Positions 55,115-64,000 of a DNA stretch of 64,000 bases are shown here, one piece after another. The notes under the pieces are model-generated. The model worked only from the letters and a program-made list of their open reading frames with translations. It was not told where the DNA came from and searched no databases. The stretch is from Phaeosaccion multiseriatum (Eukaryota > Protista > Ochrophyta, other classes). The position numbers and the translations under genes are program-made. The stretch lies in NCBI GenBank assembly GCA_965112735.1, contig OZ218953.1, positions 5,208,001 through 5,272,000 on the forward strand, in the 5' to 3' direction. The number at the start of each line of letters is the position of its first letter. Position 1 is the first letter of the stretch.

Positions 55115-55596
55115 TCAAAGGGGGTGGGGGGGGGGGAGGGGTTAAAAACGTTCTTCCACCCCCTCTTTCTTCCTTCCTCTCCCCCTCGACGCCGCTGCTC
55201 CCTCCCCTTCTGTGGCTGCGCTGCCGCAAAGAGTGCCTAGATGCGCGACAAGGCACAGCAAGTCGGAAGCGTGCCTACGAAAAATGCGTTTCTCTGTTTT
55301 CTGTCCCAGTCGCGATCCAATCGCAGGCGTCGTCGCCGACTTGGAGCACCAACCGCTCAAGCAGGAAACCCTTACAACATTCACAACATTCGCTATCGGC
55401 GGGCGCCATCCACTATCGCCGGCGCCAGCCGATCCGCTATCCGCTATCGAGAATGTGGGCGATAGTGCACGTTACGATTCGAATCTGCAAAAAGGAATGC
55501 ACTGATTGGCACAAGACTGTGCCAGGACTGTGCAAAAGGCAAGGAAAGAAGGCGTTTGGCAGACAGCCTTCACAGTCGACGTCCTGTATTCAATTA

Positions 55597-56779
55597 TCAA
55601 GTAATGCCCACGAAGTGCTTCTGGTAGATGTCGTAGAGCCTCGTGGTCCTACTGTGCATGCTCTGGTTCACCAGCGAGTGCACAAGTTTGCTCGCCGCTG
55701 GGGTAGCAGGGAAGAGAGCAAGGAGAGAGAGAGAGAGAGAGAGAGGAGGGAGAGAGAGAGAGAGAGAGGCAGGGAAAGGGCGAAAGAGAGAAACGGAGAG
55801 AGCGAAGAGAGAGAAATAGAAAGAGAGGGGGCGCGTAGCCATCGGTGAGAACGAAAGGGCGACAGAGGATAGAAACAAACTTCCCCTTCTTTTCAAGCAG
55901 CACGACGGACGGAGCCACACGCCTCTAACTTACACACACAAGCACACACACAAGCACACAAAACAACACGCACATTCCGTATTCCTCTAAGTCGATAAAA
56001 TTCCCCTCTGACTAACTAACCTGCGTCGTGAAGGTCCGGGGCAAAGCGTTGGCGCAGTTCGTCCACCACTGACAGACAACAAAACACACAACAAAGTGAA
56101 GTGCACCAGCGACGGACGGATCAGAGCGATGAGGTAGTAGGCATGTGCGTTGGTGGCGGTGGCAATACGACACGATCACCCGGACAGGTGGAACGACGGA
56201 AAGGAGTGGCCTTCCACGCCTCAACAAGCTCACCCCCTCACCGCCCCCCTCCACCGTCTACCCCACCTTGGTCGGGCCGCTGAGCGAAGCACGGGAGATG
56301 CGCGTTGCCGATGCTTGCCATCTCCAGTAGGAAGGTTATCTTGTGCATGTGCCGCCGCAGCAACATAAACGTCTGTGTGCAATGCAATTCCGCCAAGTGT
56401 AACGGTGGTACGGCAAGGACCCGAGCAGTAGCAATGGCCCATGTGGTGTGTTCGTGTCAGGAGAGGGAGTCCCCACACATCTTGGAACGAGCAAAACAAC
56501 TTCTCATCAAGTGGGTGGGGCGTTGGTTCTAAATATATCTCCCGTCAACACCTGCCTGGCGTCGTTTGTGTTGGCGTGGCCCTCTCACACCTCTGACACT
56601 CTCTATTGGCCTGGGCCTCTCACACCTCTGACGCTTGCTCACCTGCACGCAGAGCCCACGGAATGTCTTGAAGCACTTGGACTGAGGGCCTTCCATCAGT
56701 TCGACAAACTCGTCCGTCAGCTTGAACGGAGCTGACTCGAACGACATGTTCCCGCCAGGACTGGTGTGTATGTGTGTGT

Positions 56780-56811
<32 letters not shown>

Positions 56812-58730
56812 GTGTGGGTGGGTGGTGTAGGTGTGTGTAGGAGGGGAAGGGGGGGGAGGGAGGGCGAGAAAGCGCATTGTCTGTTCTTTAGGGGGGTCTC
56901 TGTTGAAACTGAAGGCAGAGAGAGCGGGGGGAAGGGTAGGCCTACCGATGTGTGGAGAAAGAAGCACAGCACACACAGCACATAAAAGTAGAGGGAAGGG
57001 AAAGGCCGTTGTGTGTGCTCCATTCCATCTCCTCTGTGTGGCCGTGTGCGTGTATGTGTATGTGTGGGTGTGCGTGTATGTGTGTAGGCGTGTGCGTGTA
57101 TGTGTGGGTGGGTGTGTATGTGTGTGGGTGTGTGCGCACACCTGTTGGCCAGCATGAAGCCCCAATCGATGTGTGCGATGTGGCCTGGAGGGAGGGAGAG
57201 GGGGAAGGGGTGGAGAGACGGGAGAGAGAAAGGGGGGTGGGCAACCGAGAACACGCACATCTGTTACAATACTCTAACAATATCATAATCAGAGAGCCTC
57301 TCACTCACTCACTCACTCACTCACTCACTCACTCAGGGTCCAGCCCAGGCCCCCCGCACGATGCACCTATCCGCTCGGCAGATGGCCCGGAGGATGTGTT
57401 CCCGCGTGTGCTGCGTGTTGTGTCTGTGTCTATATGTATGTGTGTGTGTGTGCATCTCTCTTTCTTCTGTATGTCCCGCTCCCTCCCTCTCTCTGTCCGT
57501 GTGTGCCTCTCTTTCTCTCTCTTTGTGTGTGTCTTACTGTACCTTGCGCTGTGAGGAGCAGATTCCCATTGTGCCTGTCCTTGACTTGAAGCAGGTACGT
57601 GACGATACAATACGCCGCCAGACTCTTGACGAAGTTGTCCCGAGCGCGGAGATAGCGCGCGCTTCCCTTGGTACCAAAGTAGCGCTGCCAAAAGTCGGAC
57701 AGGGACGTGTAGTGGGGATCGTTCTTCCTCAGCGCATCGAGGCTCACGGAGTCTGGAATGGCCTCTATGATGCCGGCATCGGGGGAGGTGGCAATGATGT
57801 CGTAAGGACGAAGGAAGGCGTCGCTGCCGCCCTCCTCGAGGATCCACGCCATTTGTTGCAGGACTTGAGACGCCACTTGCTCTTGGCGAAGGTCTGTGGA
57901 GTGGTGGGCATTGAAGATGTGTGTAGGGGTGGGGTGGGCCATTGAAGTGAAGTGTCGGTGTGGGTATTGAAGAAATGAACAAACGAACGAAGGAAGGAAA
58001 GAGTATGTAAATCAATCAAGAGCGTGCAAGCACTGAAGATGACCGAAAGAAAGCCAAACACTGGGAGGCAGATCGGACGGTGTGAGATTTGCAAGCATGG
58101 GCCGACGAGGTCCCTCCGCCCGGCCCCTCCAAGCGGCAACAAGGGAGGGGGGGGGTCATGGTCCCTCGAGGGGAAGACTCACCATCTCCGCACTTGACGA
58201 TACAAGGAAGCAATCGCCAGCCGGGCAGGTGGCCAAGCGGTGCGGTGGCTCGAATCCTCGCCTCCTTCTTGAGCCACCTTTCTCGAAAGATGACTTGAGG
58301 CGGCCCTCTTGTGGCTCCACCACCCCCTCCCGCTTCCTGAGCAGGTGATCGCGTCATCTGTATTCCTATTCCTCCCTTGCCTCCTGTCCCCTCCTCTTCT
58401 CCCTCATCCTCTTCCTCCTCCTCCTCGTCGTCATGGCCAAAGCCGCACTTCTCCTCCTCATCCGGTGAGGGTTGGTCGTACCCTTCCATTGAGCCGTATC
58501 CTTGTAGCCCTGGAGAGGAAGAAGTGCGACTCGCTCCAAGCAAGCCACTCTCCCTCCCACACCCACTCCCACTCCCAATACCGCTACTACTACCACTACC
58601 GCTACCATAACCACTTCCAGTACCGCTTCCAGTACCGCTACGTCTAGCGCTGCCCTTTCCGTCCACCGTCACGGAGAGCACCAGCGGTGGAGAGGTGTGC
58701 ACTCGGAAGCGTCTCTCCTGTGCGCCTCCG

Positions 58731-58785
<55 letters not shown>

Positions 58786-61470
58786 ACCGTGCTCCCTCCG
58801 CCCCCCTCTCTCCTCCTCCTCCTCCTGCTGCTGCTGCTGCCGCTACCCCTTGCAAAGCTGCAACGCCCGCTGTAAACCGGCTTCTCCACTGTCCCATTGA
58901 ATCCGTCCCGTTGGTTGCCATTTTCCTTGCTTCACCTCCTCCTCCTCCTCCTCCTCCTCCTCCCTCCTCTTCCCATCCCGGAGTGCCGCCGCCCTGCCCC
59001 TCCCCCGCCTCTCCGTGTGCCGCCCCCTGTCTGGGCTGCTGCTGCTCCGGCTGCAGGAGGGAGGCGTTATCGTCCACAGAGAGCGCATCTCTGAAGGACC
59101 CCATTGACCCCATCGACCCCACTCGCGAGAACGGCCTCATCCACGTCAACTCCCCAGAGCCCGACCGCAGCCTCTGATGGGGCGAGGAAGCGCTTAGAGC
59201 ACCACTGGGCCCCACCGCTGCTGGTGCTGCCGCTTCCATCGAGGAGAGGGCATCCTCGCCGCCCCCTTCTTCTCCCCCTTCTGCACATACGGGGGCACTG
59301 CGGCTACTGCGTCCTACGTCCTGTGGCTGCTCGTCGTCCACGTTTCGGTGGAGCTTGCTGTATCCCCTCTTCCCCCAGCGCTGGATGTTACTCAGGCTGT
59401 GAGTGGCCAACTTCAGCTTTGCCTCCGCCCAGCCTGAAGGGGAAAACGCAGGGATGGGAAGGAAGGAAGGGGGTGAGAAGATATGACCGAGGAAGAGAGA
59501 GAGACAGACAGAGAGGGAGAGAGACAGAGAGAGAGAGAGAGAACGTACGTCTCAGGACATTGTCCTTCAGGCGGGTCGAAGAGGCCTGTCCTCCAAAGCC
59601 CCTTCTCCTCTTCTTGCTCTTGCGCCTCTGGTCTCTGTCGTAATCCACCACCTCGAAGGTGATGAGGTATGGGGCGCGGTCCTTGGTGGAGAAGACGGTA
59701 CACTGCATTGAAGGGTCGGGTGGGGGGCAGGGGTGAGTAAGGGAAGGAGCAGGGTAGGGAGATGAGAAAGGTGAACGCCACAGAGGGCAGGGAAGGGAGG
59801 TAGTCCGCAACACAGACGAACGGAAGAACGGAAGGATAGACGGATAAGGGGGACGGGGTGGGGGAGACACACAGATAGAGACAGAGAGAGAGAGAGAGAG
59901 GGAGGGAGAGAGAGAGGGAGAGAGAGAAAGGGAGAGAGAGAAAGGGAGAGGGCATGGAGGAGAAAAGAGGAAGCTCGCGCTGAATTGGTACTGAATGACT
60001 CACCTCCTCTGTGTGTATTCGCACAACACGATGACGTCGGTTGCCGATGGGGATGTAGATGCAGCGAGCGGGCAAGAACGATTCCTCAACTTCCTTCAGC
60101 CTGTCCCTCAGGCGGGCCGTCCTCTCCTCTCTGGGGCACTCCCGGACCTCTCTGCTCACCGCACACAGCGCTTCCACAAAGGCAGGGGCCGCTGCGAAAG
60201 TGCCCGAAAAAGGCTGTTTCCGGCGCTTCTCGTCAGCACTATCACACAGCTGGAACAAGTCAGCTTGCGGGTGGGGGAGCTCCACTCCACCACTACCACT
60301 ACCACTACCACTACCGCCACCAAGAGACAACCTCTTGGACGAAAACGCCCAAGAAGAGACTGCTGCTGGCTTTGAGGATGATGCTCCGGAGAATGCAGAG
60401 AACCCCGCGGCCGGCTTCGATTGGAGCAGCTTCTGCATCATGTCTATCTCCCCTGGGCCTCGCCCCTGGTAGAGAGCACGAGCCGGCGTCTCCCCCCTGT
60501 CAATAACCTCTCTTAGCATCTGCCGAATGGCCTCCACACCAACAGGTTCCACCTCCGCTTCGTCCACGCAAAAGGCCTTGAGGAACCAGTACAAGCGGTG
60601 CGCAAGGTGGATGCTCTCCCCGCACTTGTCCAGCAAGAAGAGCTCCAGCCGGTGGCTGCTCGCAAATGAGGCGTAGAGCAGAAAGAGGGTGTACTCGGGC
60701 ACGAAGAACTCAAACGCCTCGGCATGCTCCCCCCACGCCTTCTCCAGCAAGGGAAACACGTCTCGATGGGCCAGCAGCTGCAGCAAGAGGTGCAGGGGGG
60801 AGTCCATTGCCTCCACCGCTGCCCCGGAAGAGAGGCCGCCGGTGGCCCCCACCATGAGGGCGTCAAGTCTTGAGCCCCACAGCTCCCTCATCTCCTCCAC
60901 CTTGGTGTTCCAGTCGGCCAGGAACAGCTCGCGCTTCTGGTTGCGAGACTTTTCCTTGTGGTGATTGCTGCTGGACAGAGAGCTGCCTCCGTTCCTGTCC
61001 CTGGCCCCGTTGGTGCTTCTCATGAACGCGATGCTATCGTCCCCGAGTCGGTTGATGGAGGACCGTAGAAACACGTGCTTGTAGCCCAGTGAAGACTGCC
61101 GCGCCCCCCCAGCAGCGCTACTGCGAAGGTGGGCGACACAGATGAGCTGGGAGGCTACCGACACGCCAGACAGTCCGACCAGCCACAACACCCACTTGAA
61201 CTTCCCATCATCGCTTTGTCCTGCCCACACAAAGGTCAGCAGCTTCACCGCAATCACCAACACGTTGACAAGCTCCCACAGCACCGGCAAACACATCCGG
61301 GTGGGTTTGTTGAGAAGGTATTGATGGGCCAAGACTGCCCCCAGAAGCAGCCTCGAGCCTGCAAAAAGCAGCAAATCCCTCTGCCCGTCGAGGTCCTCCA
61401 CGTGTCGGACATAGGACACCACCACGGAGACATCGAGCACAAATGCCAATACCGCGGGAGCCAAAAACAT
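55597..61470 (-). CDS. Phosphatidylinositol 4-kinase (type III beta-like) with N-terminal hydrophobic segments
   Basis: Helical-domain-like FFVPEYTLFL...LAHRLYWFL; VFSTKDRAPYLITFEV; IRATAPLGHLPGWRLLPCIVKCGD|DLRQE; FVKSLAAYCIVTYLLQVKDRHNGNLL; HIDWGFML; FESAPFKLT; TRLYDIYQK. About 9 exons, all GT-AG. Confidence 0.9.
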
Positions 61471-61889
61471 CCTCCTCCCTCCCTCCTATAAAAACCTGAG
61501 CGGCGCCGCGCCGTCGGTCAGAACGTGACACATAGAACACGCTGTGACCGAGGAGGAGGACCAGGAGTGAAGAGACGTGTGAGGTACTACAGCAGGAGGA
61601 GGGTGAGGGGCGAAGAGAGGGTGGGGATGTGGATGGAGGGCGTAGAGAGGTGGGTGTAGCATTCAGCACACTGCCAGATTCAGTTTCAGTTTCAGGTGTT
61701 GACCATTCATTGACTTATCCTCTTCGTATCTCGCTCCCCCTCCTCCTCCTCCCCTCTGCTGTAATGGGCAGTGGTGGGTGATGTAGACAGGAATGAGAGA
61801 GAGATCCATCTCGCATAAATCCTTCTGAGGAGCAGCAGCAGCAGTGGAGCAGGAGAAGGATCCAAAACGAGCGTTTTTATTGGAGAGAT

Positions 61890-64000
61890 ATGTCGGTTCC
61901 GGCTCGGCAATGGCGCCGCTTCGCTTTCTTCGACAAAGACGTGCTGTCGCCAGACCTCCAGCTCGACCTCGGAGGAGGCAAGCCCACGTGTATCGCGGCG
62001 GGTAAGAGGGTAGTCAGCAGGTTCTTCTTTAGCGACCACTCCCAAACTGGCGCTCTCTCGACTGTTGGCCTTCCCCCTCACCTCCACTCTGTAAACCCCG
62101 CAACCCCTGCAGGCGATGAGATGGTATTTCTCGGAGACGCCAAGGGATGCCTGACTGTCTCCGATCGAGACTTCCAGCAGCGCACGATGCACAAAGTCTA
62201 CAGCAACAGCGTTGTGGCGTGCGCCTATGCGGGCCGGGCCTTGGGGGGGGGGACTGGGCCCTCCTCCAGCAGCAGCGGCAGCAGTCTCAATGCACCCACA
62301 AGCGTGTTGGCGACGATGGGCTTTGATGATGAGGAAGAGGACGCTGGTCAGGAGGCGACTGCTCCTGAGAGTGCAGAAAGCAGCGGCAGGGACGGAGTGG
62401 CTGAGGCAAAAGGAGGAGGAGGAGGAGGAGGAGGAGGAGGAGGAGGAGGAGGAGGAGGAGGAGGAGCTGCGAGTGGGAGACGTCGCAAGAGTCTCTCTGT
62501 AAAGTTGTGGCGCGTGAGCCGCAGCAATCCTCCAGAACTCGGACAGTGCCTGCGGGTGATTGAGGTGGCAGCACCTCCACCCTCGCCAGTGCCGGACGGG
62601 GGAGGTGCCCTGGGAACTAGAATTGTGGCTGGCTCAGGAGGAGGAGGAGGGGGGAGGGAGGCGGACGTGATGGGTCTTGCAGTGGACTCGACGGCCTCTC
62701 GCATCAGCGTTGGCTTCTCCGACGGCTCAGTGTTTCTGTACGTGGGTTCTGAGCTGCTGAAGCAAGGCACGCCGACTCCCGCCCCGACCATCATCCCGCC
62801 CCCCGGGAAGGGCAAGCAAGTAAGGAAGCAAACGGACATGATAATCGATGGCAGTTGTCCTTGGGGCAGGCAAGGAGGAGAGAGGATGGGAGGAGAGAGG
62901 AGGAAGTCGAGACAAAAGAGTACGCGTGTTTTTTTTTTTGTCTTCTCTTCTCTGTAGTGGGATTCCCGCGGTTACTCTTCTTGTTCTGCTGGCCTTCTTT
63001 GCTTGCTCTGCTCAACAACAGATGGGGGTGACTTGGCTGCATTTCAGCGAGAAGCCCGCTTCGGTGCGGCTGCTGGTGTGCTACGCAGACAGCACTGCCC
63101 CGCCCAGCAACGACCGCCACTCGTCCTCTGCGCCGCGAGCGCCGGTGCTCCCCTCCCCGGACCAACAGGTCAGAGAGACCGGACAGTGGAGAGCGACTGC
63201 CTCTTTTGTTGTTACCCCCTTCTCTGTCCCCGACTCAGTCAGGTGTGGCGCCATGTCTTCCATCGTTCCCGGACTGCTTTTTCCATGGTGTTCCACTCCC
63301 CCCCCCCCCTCAACAGGGAACGCTCTCGTTTGACTTGTCTCCGCCTCCCTCAATGCCCAATGTTACCGAATGTTACCCAATGCTGCCCAATGCTACCAAC
63401 CCTCTCTGGTCACCACCGACAGGGGATCCTCTCGTTTGAGTGCTTGCAAAACCTCAACCCCGACCCCGTGGTGCTGGATGAGCGTGGCTGTGGCGAGGGC
63501 TGTGCCGCCTTCAGCAAGGCCCGGACGGAGCTCGTGGCGGGGAGGGACGACGGGGTGTATTTCTACTCGCCAGAGGTATGCTTCGCCAAAGGAAGGGGGG
63601 CATAGAATGAGGCTTTTCTGTTTGTCGTCGCCTCTATCGCCCCTAATGGTTGGAGAGAGAGAGATAGTGATGTCAAATATCAACCTAGCAAGCCTAGTTT
63701 TAGTAATGTGGGGCTACTCCTTTCCTAAGCTGCTTACCTACGCCTCTTTGCTCTTGCTGCTCCCCTTACGTGCACCCTTACGTCCACCACTTTCCCTATG
63801 CCCCTCCCCTCACGTGCACCCTGGCTTCATTCACCCTTCACCCTTGGGGGATGAAAGGATCGCGGAGGGGCGGCGGGCTTCGAGGGCGAGAAGCAGAGCA
63901 TCGGCTGTCTGGGCAGCGGCTATCTGTTCGTCTCCAGCAGTGACAAGAGGAGCGAGAGAACGGCCATCAACATCTACGACCTTGATAACAAGTAAGGCCT
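61890..64000 (+). CDS. VPS11: Vacuolar protein sorting 11 (HOPS/CORVET), 5' part, truncated by the window end
   Basis: QWRRFAFFDK N-terminus, LSVKLW, ISVGFSDGSVFLYVG, LDERGC, LVAGRDDGVYFYSPE|DRG, INIYDLDNK; GT-AG introns. Confidence 0.85.

Overview
This is eukaryotic nuclear DNA, not prokaryotic: GC-rich, gene-dense, with spliceosomal introns packed with microsatellites. Most ORFs in the supplied track are spurious translations of simple repeats. By hand I could assemble 14 protein-coding genes: plastid ObgE GTPase, NEK kinase, an acylated calcineurin-B-like EF-hand protein, an HSF-domain transcription factor, IFT140 (about 29 exons), a CLC Cl-/H+ antiporter, VTI1 SNARE, an ankyrin/U-box protein, plastid dPGM, an orphan coiled-coil protein (Dsn1-like candidate), PAM68, a Rac GTPase, a PI4-kinase with an N-terminal hydrophobic domain, and the 5' part of VPS11. 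Three genes carry signal-peptide plus ASAF-like presequences and IFT140 is present, which points to a flagellate-capable alga with a secondary red plastid, probably an ochrophyte (inference). I found no rRNA, tRNA or CRISPR array. The most interesting non-genic signals are: (1) a 10-mer GTTGGTGATA that recurs 8 times, nearly always within or beside simple-repeat tracts, in both introns and polyQ exons; (2) many introns whose 5' and 3' ends carry mutually complementary microsatellites and whose acceptors lack a pyrimidine tract; (3) synonymous-biased copies of the ObgE C-terminus lying out of frame after the stop codon; (4) a 119-bp MITE-like element; (5) a highly pairable intergenic segment before VTI1. 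All exon coordinates were read by eye and need RNA-seq confirmation.
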